Shown here: positions 39,499 to 49,398 of the stretch, one piece after another | Position numbering within the stretch: position 1 is the first letter of the stretch | Layout of the letters: each line of letters starts with the position of its first letter | Source of the DNA: a virus | Virus record (IMG/VR): IMGVR_UViG_3300027974_000020 | Span: 96,001 to 160,000 of that record | Direction: 5' to 3' (one strand) | DNA length: 64,000 bases | Translations under genes and position numbers: made by a program | Notes under the pieces: generated by a model | Told to the model about the DNA's origin: nothing | Databases searched by the model: none | Seen by the model: the letters and a program-made list of their open reading frames with translations, nothing else

Positions 39499-39950
39499 CT
39501 ATGACAAAACAAATTACAGACCTTATAGATAATGCTATTAAACAAATATCAGGAAGACAATTAGTTTCATCTTCCGAGATGACTGATCTTCTTCTTGATA
39601 TTAGACTTCATCTTATGATAGATGAAGAATTAATTAAGGTTAATTAATGAACCCTTTACTAAGAAAATGTTCATCGCTTACAATTAATAAAACTTCTTGT
39701 AAGCGTATAGCTTTAAGGTTTAGCTCTTATTGTAGAGCTCATGAACAACCACACAAAAGAAAGCATTCTTTATGATTTCTTCTATATTAAATCCTGGTGT
39801 ATTTGAACCAGATTTTAGACCAATGATTATTTTAATATTAGCTATGACTTTTTCTATAGCTTATGTTATTAAAAAAAATTGGAATAATATTAAAGATGAT
39901 TTTGATGATGATTGGGAATCATAATATTATAATATAATACAAGGAGCAAT

Positions 39951-41360
39951 ATGAGAAAGTCTATTTCCTGGATTGTTTCCGCATCTTTGATCGGAACATT
40001 ATTTTTTATAAACAGTCCTCAAGTTGATGCTAAGGTATCAATGGACGTAATGCAGGCCACTGGTCCTGTACAGTTTAAATTAAATTTAACTAAAGCTATT
40101 CCTTACATCTCTGCAAACATCCCGTACGATTCGGGATACAAGGGACAAGGTAGCTACGTAGTAGTTATTGATTCTGGTGTGCAATCTGATCACCCATTCC
40201 TTGCAGGCAAAGTAGCTCTTGAGGCATGCTTTGCTCCTGTATGCCCTAACGGTACCACTAAGCAGATTGGACCGGGAGCTGCTAAACCAGTTCACTGGCA
40301 CGGCACTCACGTAGCTGGAATTATTGCAGGTTCCAATGCAACCATGCACGGTGTTGCACCAGAGGCAAAGATTATTGCTGTCAATATCTTTAATGCTGCT
40401 GGTTCAACTTACGATGAAAATATTATTGAAGCACTTACGTGGGTTGATTCAATATCTTCTGAGTATAATATCGCAGCGATAAATATGTCTTTGGGTACTT
40501 CTCAAGTATTTAAAACTTCATGCAATAATTATATTCCAGCACTTACATCTATTATCTCTACGCTTAAATCAAAAAATATTGCTACTGTTGTTGCCGCAGG
40601 AAACGGCTATGCATACGGCATGAGTTCTCCTGCGTGCATTACTGACACTGTTAGTGTGGCAGCAACTTATTCTGACAGAGATCTTATTACAAACTTTTCT
40701 AATGTTCATGAAGATACAGATCTTTCTGCTCCCGGTAGTGGAATAAATTCTTCAGATTCTTATTCAAGCTATCGTGTAGCTTCAGGTACATCTATGGCCG
40801 CACCAATGGTTGCTGGTTCATATGCTGTATATCGATCTAAATTTGGCATTCAATCAGTTGATAAAGTCACTTCTGATTTTAGAACTACTGGTATTGATGC
40901 CAAAGATGATTATACTTCTGTGATTACAAAACGTATAGATTTTAAATCTTTATTTAGTACTGGTTTACCTCCAACTACTACAACAATACCTCCAACAACA
41001 ACAACTACTTTACCCGGAGCAACCACTACAACAACCACAACAATACCTCCAACGGATGAAGAAGTAGAGTTTGGTTTATCAATTCCTTATATTGTATCTT
41101 TAAAGAAATATAAACCTAATACATCTTATATGTATGTAGATTTTGTTTATAGATACAATGAAACTAAATTATCTTCTTTCATTCTTGATTGTAGATATAA
41201 CAATTTGCCAAATGCTACAAAAGAAGTTTCAGACCGTAATAAAAATTATAATAATTATTTTATTAAAATTTCTACTGCGTCTATTCGTTCATGCAGAATG
41301 GCTGCAGTAGCTTACGATGGTACAATCGGCCAATATAGTAAATTTGTTTTAGTTAAATAA
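39951..41360 (+). CDS. Secreted subtilisin-like (S8) serine protease with Thr-rich linker
   Basis: VIDSG, HGTHVAG, AAGN, GTSMAAP; signal peptide; PPTTTT repeats. Confidence 0.93.
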   Translation: MRKSISWIVSASLIGTLFFINSPQVDAKVSMDVMQATGPVQFKLNLTKAIPYISANIPYDSGYKGQGSYVVVIDSGVQSDHPFLAGKVALEACFAPVCPNGTTKQIGPGAAKPVHWHGTHVAGIIAGSNATMHGVAPEAKIIAVNIFNAAGSTYDENIIEALTWVDSISSEYNIAAINMSLGTSQVFKTSCNNYIPALTSIISTLKSKNIATVVAAGNGYAYGMSSPACITDTVSVAATYSDRDLITNFSNVHEDTDLSAPGSGINSSDSYSSYRVASGTSMAAPMVAGSYAVYRSKFGIQSVDKVTSDFRTTGIDAKDDYTSVITKRIDFKSLFSTGLPPTTTTIPPTTTTTLPGATTTTTTTIPPTDEEVEFGLSIPYIVSLKKYKPNTSYMYVDFVYRYNETKLSSFILDCRYNNLPNATKEVSDRNKNYNNYFIKISTASIRSCRMAAVAYDGTIGQYSKFVLVK

Positions 41361-41386
41361 TTTTAACAAAAAACAATGACTTTGTT

Positions 41387-41462
41387 GCGCTTTTAGCTCA
41401 GCCGGTAGAGCACCGGACTTTTAATCCGTTGGTCCCGAGTTCGATCCTCGGAGGGCGCACCA
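41387..41462 (+). tRNA. tRNA-Lys(TTT)
   Basis: Cloverleaf with encoded CCA. Confidence 0.95.
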
Positions 41463-41532
41463 TACTAGAAATAATAACATACTGTGATATGTCTTTCTAG
41501 CTTTTTTAATTACAACAACATTAGGAGAATAT

Positions 41533-41877
41533 ATGCCACCATTTGGTAACAAACAAAAAAGAGCAGAAGACAAACGTTCTTCTAATGAAATCGCTATAGA
41601 TTCTGCTAAAACGTCTACCTATAATCTGTGTACTCCAATGTATAAAGCCGAACATATTCGTTTACGCAATCCCATTACTGGCTTAGACAAGCTGTACTCT
41701 GTTTCTGATCCAGCATTTTATGAAGCTTTTTATGAACTTTCTCAATTGGGTCTTCAAGATAAACTCATGCTTGAAATTGAAACATTTACTGCATCTATAG
41801 ATCCCGACTGGCAACCAGTCTATGATTCTCTTCAAGGCTATTTAAAGGCTAAGGAAAAAGAAAACCAAAATGTTTAA
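41533..41877 (+). CDS. Hypothetical protein
   Basis: AGGAG RBS. Confidence 0.75.
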   Translation: MPPFGNKQKRAEDKRSSNEIAIDSAKTSTYNLCTPMYKAEHIRLRNPITGLDKLYSVSDPAFYEAFYELSQLGLQDKLMLEIETFTASIDPDWQPVYDSLQGYLKAKEKENQNV

Positions 41878-42070
41878 AAATATAGTTCTTAAAAATATAG
41901 ATTCAGCTCAAAAGAGAAGAGATTCTTTTATCAAAAAGACTCCAGATGATATCTCTAGTATTCGCTTTTGGGATGGATACATATACGCTTTAAATACACT
42001 TGTATCAGTTCTCCCCGAAGAGTCTGATCAACAGGATATCGAAGATGAATGGTGGCAGGCAATTAAATGA
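41870..42070 (+). CDS. Hypothetical protein ending WWQAIK
   Basis: Shares motifs with 42765..43247. Confidence 0.65.
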   Translation: MFKNIVLKNIDSAQKRRDSFIKKTPDDISSIRFWDGYIYALNTLVSVLPEESDQQDIEDEWWQAIK

Positions 42071-42381
42071 AAATTAATAATATTAAACCTGGTAGTTCGA
42101 CTATACTTATATTGAACTATCTTGGAATGAGAAAAAGAAACAAAAAACAATGGACTACTTTAAAGGAAATTGCAAACTTTTTTCCTCATAAGTTTACAAG
42201 TAACACAAAAAAAACTGGTAATCTTTCTACTGCTATTAATCGTTTAGTTGAATCTAATTTTATTGTTAACAAAAAAATTAATAATGTAGATAACTATTCT
42301 ATTACTTCACTAGGTTCTGTTGTACCTTTTCAAGTTGCTTCCAATGCAAAAAAGAAATCAAAAGGTGTTATTTATGAATGA
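42067..42381 (+). CDS. Winged-helix-like DNA-binding protein
   Basis: ILNYL...TLKEIA...LSTAINRLVESNFI...YSITSLG. Confidence 0.6.
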   Translation: MKINNIKPGSSTILILNYLGMRKRNKKQWTTLKEIANFFPHKFTSNTKKTGNLSTAINRLVESNFIVNKKINNVDNYSITSLGSVVPFQVASNAKKKSKGVIYE

Positions 42382-42832
42382 ACTACAATTACAGATAGAG
42401 GAACTTAAGAAAAAAATAGTTCCTGAATACTGGAAATCAATAGATGTTGACGAAGGCTGGTATCAAATTGTTATTGATTGCGATAAAGAACTAACACAAA
42501 TAGATCCTGACTATCAAATATATCAAATAAAAGAAAAGTTTGGTAGGCTTCGTTATTATCACAAGGCTTCTCAACCATTTGAAGAAAAAATTTATTTAAA
42601 ACTAGCATCTATCGTAAGTAAATATGAAGCTCTTTCTAGTTGCACTTGTGAAGCCACTGGTCTTCCCGGTTTACTTATGAAGTCTCCAAATGGATACTAC
42701 AAAACATTAAATCCACAATGGACTTCTACATCTGAAGTTTATAGTAAATATACTATAGTTAAACATGATACTTATAAACAAACAGATGACATGTTACCTT
42801 GGCAGCATTCTGATGATAGTGACTACATCTGA
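42374..42832 (+). CDS. Hypothetical phage protein (GW...QIKEKFG.LR family)
   Basis: Characteristic motif; start refined to ATG 42374. Confidence 0.75.
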   Translation: MNELQLQIEELKKKIVPEYWKSIDVDEGWYQIVIDCDKELTQIDPDYQIYQIKEKFGRLRYYHKASQPFEEKIYLKLASIVSKYEALSSCTCEATGLPGLLMKSPNGYYKTLNPQWTSTSEVYSKYTIVKHDTYKQTDDMLPWQHSDDSDYI

Positions 42833-43247
42833 TATGGATACTGTAGATTGGTATAAAGTTTCTCAAGATTGGAAAAAAACAGCAGAACTTTTAGCAATAA
42901 ATATTGGCAATGTTAAATCTGCTCAAGAAATTTATCAGGATATTGCTGATGGTTTATATGATAGAGTTCGCGAAAAAATGGCTATTGAAAAAAATACTCA
43001 AAATACATTTGATTCCATTCATGATTATGTAAATGTAATTTCTCAAAAAACTTTAATGGCAGAAGCCCAAAGATCGTTAGCAGAAGCTGATGGCACTAGT
43101 GATTATTATTACTGGGAGGGTTATGTTGACGCATTAGATTATGCTATCGATCTAGTCCCTAATTATAATGATTCTCCAGAAACTGAATCACCCGCCGTAA
43201 AAGCTGCTTATGATCTTGAAGAAGATTGGTGGCAAGCAATAAAATAA
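42765..43247 (+). CDS. Hypothetical protein ending WWQAIK
   Basis: ORF; true start probably downstream. Confidence 0.65.
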   Translation: MILINKQMTCYLGSILMIVTTSDMDTVDWYKVSQDWKKTAELLAINIGNVKSAQEIYQDIADGLYDRVREKMAIEKNTQNTFDSIHDYVNVISQKTLMAEAQRSLAEADGTSDYYYWEGYVDALDYAIDLVPNYNDSPETESPAVKAAYDLEEDWWQAIK

Positions 43248-43252
43248 TAAGA

Positions 43253-43325
<73 letters not shown>

Positions 43326-44308
43326 CTATATCTATAATTAACAAAGGATACTATATGAAAAAAATAAACGGTAATAAGCTGCGTAAAAAGCTGCACAAAA
43401 TTCTTCCTAATTCTTCTTTTGATAAAGATAATGAAGGTCAGGTTATTATTTACACAGGTTTAAAAGAAACCAAAAACCAAAATTACAAGGTAAAAAAATG
43501 AACAAGAAAAACTTTATTTCTTTATATAAGATGAATCGCCTATGGGGCGACAGTAGACTTGAAGCAGCATACTGGGCATTGCGCGGTAAAGCATTTCTTA
43601 CTTCTTTTGAAGGTCGTCTATTAGAAGACCAAATAGTACAATATGAGAATTGGGGCGATTAAATATTGTGTCTCAAGGAATAAACTGCAATCCTAAAAAA
43701 ATTATTCAATGGTTTACTGATAGCGAAAAATGTTTAATGCATTCAAATACATCGTTTCTTGAAGTTGTTGAGATTACTTTATCCAATGATCAATTAGACG
43801 CATTGATTAAACAGGGAGAGAAAGTTACTAATCAACTTAAAGAAGATAAAAGAAACCCAAAATTATGTTGACCGATTACATTGCCCACACATTAACAAAA
43901 TTTAAAAAACAAAAATATGAAAACAAACGCAAAGATTCACACTCTATACACATGCGTATACGTCGTCATCAATCTAAGCGTAGGATAGACGGAGACTTCA
44001 ATGCTTAATAGTAAATTTAAAATTGCAGTTTATATCACCATAGCTACTATGTATATGTTTTTTATGATTTCACTAATTGCTTCTTGCGTTGAAAGTTTAT
44101 AATGAGTGATCAAATTAAAAATACAGAATCATTTAAACTTATTCAACAAATGCCAAGAGGAGAATGCTCTTATTGTGACCTAGAGTATGACAAGCCTACT
44201 GGCTTCTTTCCGCCTCACACAGCGTCTCCTAGGTGCCAATCAGGGCATTATAATCACTGTACATGTGATACTTGTTTTTAAACAATATTAAACAACAAAG
44301 GATATATT

Positions 44309-44551
44309 ATGACAACTTTACCAGCTATAGAATTACCGCTTAATCCTGAATCTTATTACGGTCAAAGCAGCACTATACCAAACCTCATGCCTAATTCTTA
44401 TATATATATTGGCCCTTCCCGCACTGCTACAGCTGTTCTTGTAAATCATATTAATTACAACCCACAAGGGTGGCATGAATTATACACAGATCATGCTGTT
44501 TATATTGCCTTACCAAATACTAGAGTAGCTTTTAAAAATGATAACTTATAA
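44309..44551 (+). CDS. Hypothetical protein
   Basis: AAGGA RBS. Confidence 0.6.
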   Translation: MTTLPAIELPLNPESYYGQSSTIPNLMPNSYIYIGPSRTATAVLVNHINYNPQGWHELYTDHAVYIALPNTRVAFKNDNL

Positions 44552-44562
44552 GGAGATTTACT

Positions 44563-45057
44563 ATGGGCATGGATGTCTATGGAAGAGAACCAATCAGTGA
44601 GGTTGGATCTTATTTTAGAAATAATGTTTGGTGGTGGCGGCCACTTTGGAATTATTGCATAACTCAATATCCAGAATTAACTGAAGAAGTTGCAGACAAT
44701 GGTCACAGTAATTCTGGAGATGGATTAGATGCAAAGAAAGCTTATGAATTAGGTAAGAAGTTACAAGAAGATATAGATTCAGGAGTTGTTCTTCAGTATA
44801 AAGAAGAATATATGCAATATATAGAATCTTTACCTATGTTAGATTGCGAATATTGTGAAGGCACTGGAACAAGACGTGACAAATTAATTGCTACTGACAC
44901 TCCTACTGTGCCTTGCGGTTCTGCTCCGGTTAATTGCAACGTATGCAGTGGTGCCGGTAAGGTTAAAGATTTTTCCGCAAATTATCCATTTTCTGTTGAG
45001 AACGTTCAAGAATTTTCTAAGTTCCTTGTTTGTTCTGGTGGATTTAATATATGGTAG
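44563..45057 (+). CDS. Phage protein with DnaJ-type zinc finger
   Basis: MGMDVYG, FRNNVWWWRPLW, CEYCEGTG, CNVCSGAG, SGGFNIW. Confidence 0.8.
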   Translation: MGMDVYGREPISEVGSYFRNNVWWWRPLWNYCITQYPELTEEVADNGHSNSGDGLDAKKAYELGKKLQEDIDSGVVLQYKEEYMQYIESLPMLDCEYCEGTGTRRDKLIATDTPTVPCGSAPVNCNVCSGAGKVKDFSANYPFSVENVQEFSKFLVCSGGFNIW

Positions 45058-45252
45058 ACAAGTCAATTCTTACTGTTCCTCCAGTTCATTTTATGACAAA
45101 AATACTGGAACGTTATCAACAACAGCTCAAAACATTGGGTTATATAGATGCTCTTGTAAATTATAAAAACTCAATGCAGAATTTGTATATTAGATACAAT
45201 CCTCATATCAGGAGAAGATTTATCACTAGAGATAATGTTCTTCCTAATTGAC

Positions 45253-45324
45253 GCCCGTTTAGCTCAGTGGTAGAGCTCTGCACTTGTAATGCAGTGGTCC
45301 TCGGTTCAATCCCGAGAGCGGGCT
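45253..45324 (+). tRNA. tRNA-Thr(TGT)
   Basis: Cloverleaf; CTGCA-CT-TGT-AA-TGCAG. Confidence 0.95.
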
Positions 45325-45449
45325 CTAGACAGCAGCGTGTCTTACTGGAAACAGTGGGTGAACCTAATGATGTAATTAGCACGTGAGACACATATTCTCT
45401 TGGCATCACTGCTGTCTTTTATCTTTGATAATGATATGATAGGATCAAT

Positions 45450-45656
45450 ATGTTTTTTAAAAAAACTGTCAAAGTAGTATTGATATCTGATTCTACTGAT
45501 AGAATTATAGATACAATAAAGTTTTCTAAAAAAGAATTTGATCTATTTAAACAATTGGCAGAAAACAACAATATGACCATTGATCAGTTTTTTTCATTTG
45601 CTTTAAACAATGCTTTAAAACAGCACCCATTAGATTTAGAAGGAAAGTTACAATGA
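45450..45656 (+). CDS. Small ribbon-helix-helix-like protein
   Basis: TIKFSKKEFDLFKQLAENNNMTIDQFF. Confidence 0.5.
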   Translation: MFFKKTVKVVLISDSTDRIIDTIKFSKKEFDLFKQLAENNNMTIDQFFSFALNNALKQHPLDLEGKLQ

Positions 45657-45687
45657 CGATTAATCGAATAGGCAGCATATAAGACAC

Positions 45688-45763
45688 AGGGCGGTATACC
45701 CTCACTCTTATAAGGTGTTGAAAGGTTAGTTGGTTCACGTGGGTTCAATCCCCACCCGCCCTA
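45688..45763 (+). ncRNA. Non-canonical tRNA-like gene (TAT anticodon loop, no D-arm, long extra region)
   Basis: Acceptor AGGGCGG/CCGCCCT; T-arm GTGGG-TTCAATC-CCCAC; CACT-CTTATAA-GGTG. Confidence 0.75.
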
Positions 45764-45777
45764 CTAGAAAGAATTTT

Positions 45778-46059
45778 ATGAAGAAAAATCAAGTTGATCA
45801 GTTATTTGAGGAAACTTATTCTTCTTATAGCAATAAAATAAACGATAAAGTTATTGAAATACAATCTATTATTATGGAGATAACAGATACTACTTCAAAG
45901 TATTCTTCATTAAAAGAAACTCTTACTTCTCTTTTTGTAAATGAAGATTTTGATGACAATGACACGTTACAAGTTTATGAACTTTTTTCTGCTATAATAA
46001 GAGATATTAATAGATTGAATCAAGATCTATTTAACATCATGCAAAAAGAAATTAAATAA
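45778..46059 (+). CDS. Hypothetical protein
   Basis: Start refined to ATG 45778, after the tRNA-like gene. Confidence 0.65.
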   Translation: MKKNQVDQLFEETYSSYSNKINDKVIEIQSIIMEITDTTSKYSSLKETLTSLFVNEDFDDNDTLQVYELFSAIIRDINRLNQDLFNIMQKEIK

Positions 46060-46064
46060 TTTTA

Positions 46065-46379
46065 ATGTTAAATCAAAATCCTAATGAACAAGATTTTACT
46101 TGGCACAATAAAGCTGCATGTAAAGACCTCCCTGCAGATGTATTTTTTCCACTTAACTATAATGCCTCTTCTTTAGAACAAGCAAAACAAATATGTTCTA
46201 GTTGTCCTGTCAAGGTTGAATGTTTTCAAGATGCAATTAGCAACAACGTTTACGGTATATGGGCCGGCACTACAGAATACCAAAGAAGAAATATTGTAAA
46301 TAATTATTACAATGGTGAATATAAAGTAATTACTTTAAAAGAAGCTAAGTATATTTTAAATTCAATAATAAAATCTTAA
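46065..46379 (+). CDS. whiB: WhiB-family Fe-S transcription factor
   Basis: WHNKAAC...FFP...AKQICSSCPVKVEC...GIWAG. Confidence 0.93.
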   Translation: MLNQNPNEQDFTWHNKAACKDLPADVFFPLNYNASSLEQAKQICSSCPVKVECFQDAISNNVYGIWAGTTEYQRRNIVNNYYNGEYKVITLKEAKYILNSIIKS

Positions 46380-46424
46380 ATCTAATTCAAAGTACTAGAC
46401 CTACCTTAGTAAGGATGTACTCCC

Positions 46425-47177
46425 ATGAGCGAGAATTCATATTCTCAAAGCGATGATGATCTTTTCGATTACGATCCTTCTATCGAAAAACCAAAAGAAC
46501 AATTATATAATCCGGTTTCAGATATTAAATCAGATAACACACTTCTTAGTGATTTATCCCGGAATATAAAAAATAATGATGACCAAACTTTTGATGGTCA
46601 CACGGAAATACGTGTAAAATTAGCTGAAGCAATTCTTGGTTCTTACGACAAATGGATTAATAACGCTAGTTCTGTAGCCTATTTTAGCACCTTAAACACA
46701 ATGCTTGACGAACTAACAAATGGTCGTTTTAGTGTTATGTATTTCTATAACACAATAGAACAAAAGATACTTCGTCGGATTAATATTAACACTTTAATAG
46801 GTGAATCTTTTATTGTTAAAAATGACAACACTAAAGATAGTTTAAAAGATTTCTTAGGCAGAATAGGCATCTCTTATGATGGCCCTTATCTTTCAACCTA
46901 TGTAGGAACATTGGTTAGAATATCTAATCACATTCTTATACGGGAAAGAGCAATGTATCTTTCTTTGTCTGAAAGACTTCAGCTTCCTTGTAATCCTTTA
47001 ATTTCTCAAGATAGTCCAAACTTTGAAGAAGTTATTGCACTAAGCCAATTTACTGTTACTGATCAACAAGAGAAAATTATTCAAAATCAATTTATCCATA
47101 ATTCTGACGAATACTTTTTAGAAAAACTTAACAATATTAATTTATCTAATATTAACTTTAAAATTAGATCTATATGA
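46425..47177 (+). CDS. Hypothetical protein
   Basis: 250-aa ORF. Confidence 0.75.
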   Translation: MSENSYSQSDDDLFDYDPSIEKPKEQLYNPVSDIKSDNTLLSDLSRNIKNNDDQTFDGHTEIRVKLAEAILGSYDKWINNASSVAYFSTLNTMLDELTNGRFSVMYFYNTIEQKILRRININTLIGESFIVKNDNTKDSLKDFLGRIGISYDGPYLSTYVGTLVRISNHILIRERAMYLSLSERLQLPCNPLISQDSPNFEEVIALSQFTVTDQQEKIIQNQFIHNSDEYFLEKLNNINLSNINFKIRSI

Positions 47178-47623
47178 ATTCAAAATTTAAGTCTATTTTT
47201 ATGTTAATAATTACAGCTTCAGCCCTTGCTGCGATAAATTATACTATTGTTCATTCACCAACAGTATTTATTATCACTGCTGTACTTATTGCTCATGAAT
47301 TGGGACATTATTTTGCTGCTATTTCTAATGGCGCAAAAGCAGACATCCCATATATTATACCTTTTCCATTTTTTGGAATAGGAATAACAAGAATTAAAAA
47401 CTTTAAAAAATTAGATCCACAGGTTAGAAAGTCCATACTTCTGTTTGGACCTACTGCTGGTGTATTTACTGCTATTATAATTTTATTATTGTCTTTTATA
47501 ACTTCTCTTATAACTCCAATTTCAATTTTAATTATAGCATTGTTTGAAATCTTGTTTAATTACTTTGGTTCTGACGGAAAAAAGTACCGTCAAGCTGAAA
47601 AAGATATAGTGTTTGCTGCTTGA
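47174..47623 (+). CDS. Site-2-protease (M50)-like membrane metalloprotease
   Basis: HELGH in TM segment, FGP, SDGK motif. Confidence 0.75.
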   Translation: MNSKFKSIFMLIITASALAAINYTIVHSPTVFIITAVLIAHELGHYFAAISNGAKADIPYIIPFPFFGIGITRIKNFKKLDPQVRKSILLFGPTAGVFTAIIILLLSFITSLITPISILIIALFEILFNYFGSDGKKYRQAEKDIVFAA

Positions 47624-47666
47624 TATATTATCATATCCCACACTTATCTCACAGAAAGATCTAACA

Positions 47667-47888
47667 ATGAAAAATGAACAGGAACTTCGCAATACAATAT
47701 CTGAATACCTTGATGATTGTTGTTTTGATATTCACGGAATATCCTCTTCATCTTCTCTATCTTCTGCTTCCGAAGTTCAGCTTGCTAGAATTCTAACAAA
47801 AATAGCCATAGGAACTGCTTCCATATGGTGGTCTGTAATTGAGTTTAGAGATTTTATATCTAACAGAAAAATATCGAAAGGGTTGTAA
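47667..47888 (+). CDS. Hypothetical protein
   Basis: Start refined to ATG 47667. Confidence 0.6.
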   Translation: MKNEQELRNTISEYLDDCCFDIHGISSSSSLSSASEVQLARILTKIAIGTASIWWSVIEFRDFISNRKISKGL

Positions 47889-48247
47889 TGACTAATATTG
47901 ATAGATTTCATTTTTCATTTGAAATGGCTTCTAAAGTAAAAAAACAATTGGAAGATGAAGCTTTTATTTTAAAGCAAAGAATTGATAAAATTGTTGATCA
48001 TTTTACAATAAGCGACACACCCATATTGAGGTTTATTCTTAATATGGAACCTAATAGAGATGACTTAAAAAAATTATCTAAAGCCTTAGATCGCTTGGCT
48101 GATATAGTCCAAGTTTATGAAGGCATTATGACAAAGCTTTCTGTTGTTAAAGCAGCGGAATCAGATCCAAATTGGTTTGCTTTGGCATTTGGTGATTTTG
48201 AAAAAGAGATTGATCAAGATATAGAAACGTTCTTTAACGCAAATTAA
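47888..48247 (+). CDS. Hypothetical protein
   Basis: TAATG coupling with upstream gene. Confidence 0.7.
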   Translation: MTNIDRFHFSFEMASKVKKQLEDEAFILKQRIDKIVDHFTISDTPILRFILNMEPNRDDLKKLSKALDRLADIVQVYEGIMTKLSVVKAAESDPNWFALAFGDFEKEIDQDIETFFNAN

Positions 48248-48251
48248 TATA

Positions 48252-49334
48252 TTGAAAGGTTGCAGCATAGTGAATTCTAAAGCTGATTATACATTCGTCC
48301 AGGAAAATGATTCTATTGTTTTTCGTTCTAAAGTAAAGTCGTTTGATCTTGATCATGTTACCGATAAAGATTTAGCGTCTTTTTATTTTAGCTTCTCTAA
48401 ATATGCCACTATGGATACAGGTTTACTTCCCCTTGATGGAACAGGTCTTCTTGGTATACGTAAAGCCGGCGATCATACTCAGGTGATATACCAGCATAAG
48501 CCTGGTACATATTACGTTAATTGGGGCCAGTACGAAAGAGATGTTAATGCTAAAAAATATTATCTTGCTCAACCTTATAGAATTATAATTGTAGATTTTA
48601 TCAATGACAATTTACTAGGTGCAAGAACTTTTTATTCCCCAATCCCAGCTACACATCCGGATATCCCTTTGTACCATGTTAATCTTCCTAACATAAATTG
48701 CAGAGGATATCGAGGCAATGCTGTTGGTTGGATTTGCTTGTATCACAATGAAGATTGGTCTAATCTTCCATTTAACGAAAGACTTGTAAAAGCTATTGAT
48801 CGCTGTTCTGGCACAGAAGCTTACAATGATGGAAACATGAGTGAGACTGATGGTCCAGGTTTTTATCGTGATCACCATAGAGATAATTCTGATTACCAGT
48901 ATTTGTGGAATCCACAAGAATGGGAGAGAAAAACTTCTCAAGAAGGTTTTCTTTGGACCTTAGATGAAGATGCTTGGATTCCAGTTCATGTTGATTCAAT
49001 TGATTCACAATCTCAACACAATCCAAAAGGAGAAGTTCTTACTCTTAAGATGGCTATTTTTGGAAATTATAAAGCCTATTATGACGATCAATATATTCCC
49101 AAACCAATTAATGCAATTCAACGTAATGAATTTAACAATGGAATTAAATTAATAACCAGTTGGTTTACACGAGCTTTTGTTACTGCAAAAACTAAGTATA
49201 GTGGTTTAGATTTATTTTCTGAAAGTTCTAAAGTTAGACAAGAAAATATTAAAAATGTTTATGATCTTCAAACTGAACACGAAGAAGATGAACCAGATGA
49301 AGATCACAACGAAGATGACGAAGGACCATTTTAG
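48252..49334 (+). CDS. Prokaryotic E2-like (UBC-fold) protein 1
   Basis: TGLLP, LAQPY, LYHVNLPNIN...GWICL (PN...G.IC with Cys); directly upstream of JAB-E1-Ubl. Confidence 0.7.
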   Translation: MKGCSIVNSKADYTFVQENDSIVFRSKVKSFDLDHVTDKDLASFYFSFSKYATMDTGLLPLDGTGLLGIRKAGDHTQVIYQHKPGTYYVNWGQYERDVNAKKYYLAQPYRIIIVDFINDNLLGARTFYSPIPATHPDIPLYHVNLPNINCRGYRGNAVGWICLYHNEDWSNLPFNERLVKAIDRCSGTEAYNDGNMSETDGPGFYRDHHRDNSDYQYLWNPQEWERKTSQEGFLWTLDEDAWIPVHVDSIDSQSQHNPKGEVLTLKMAIFGNYKAYYDDQYIPKPINAIQRNEFNNGIKLITSWFTRAFVTAKTKYSGLDLFSESSKVRQENIKNVYDLQTEHEEDEPDEDHNEDDEGPF

Positions 49335-49398
49335 TTCTTTAAAATCTAAATATAGAATTTCTTAATAATTTATTTAATTTTAATATGAAAGGAATGTT

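Noticed and set aside
39441-39500. ORF-track N-terminal extensions at 39441, 43226 and 45730 and the minus ORF 45203..45409
   Set aside because: They translate tRNA or tRNA-like genes; real starts lie downstream (39501, 43355, 45778)
40968-41055. ACA/ACT tandem repeats as an independent repeat element
   Set aside because: They encode the Thr/Pro-rich linker of the subtilase
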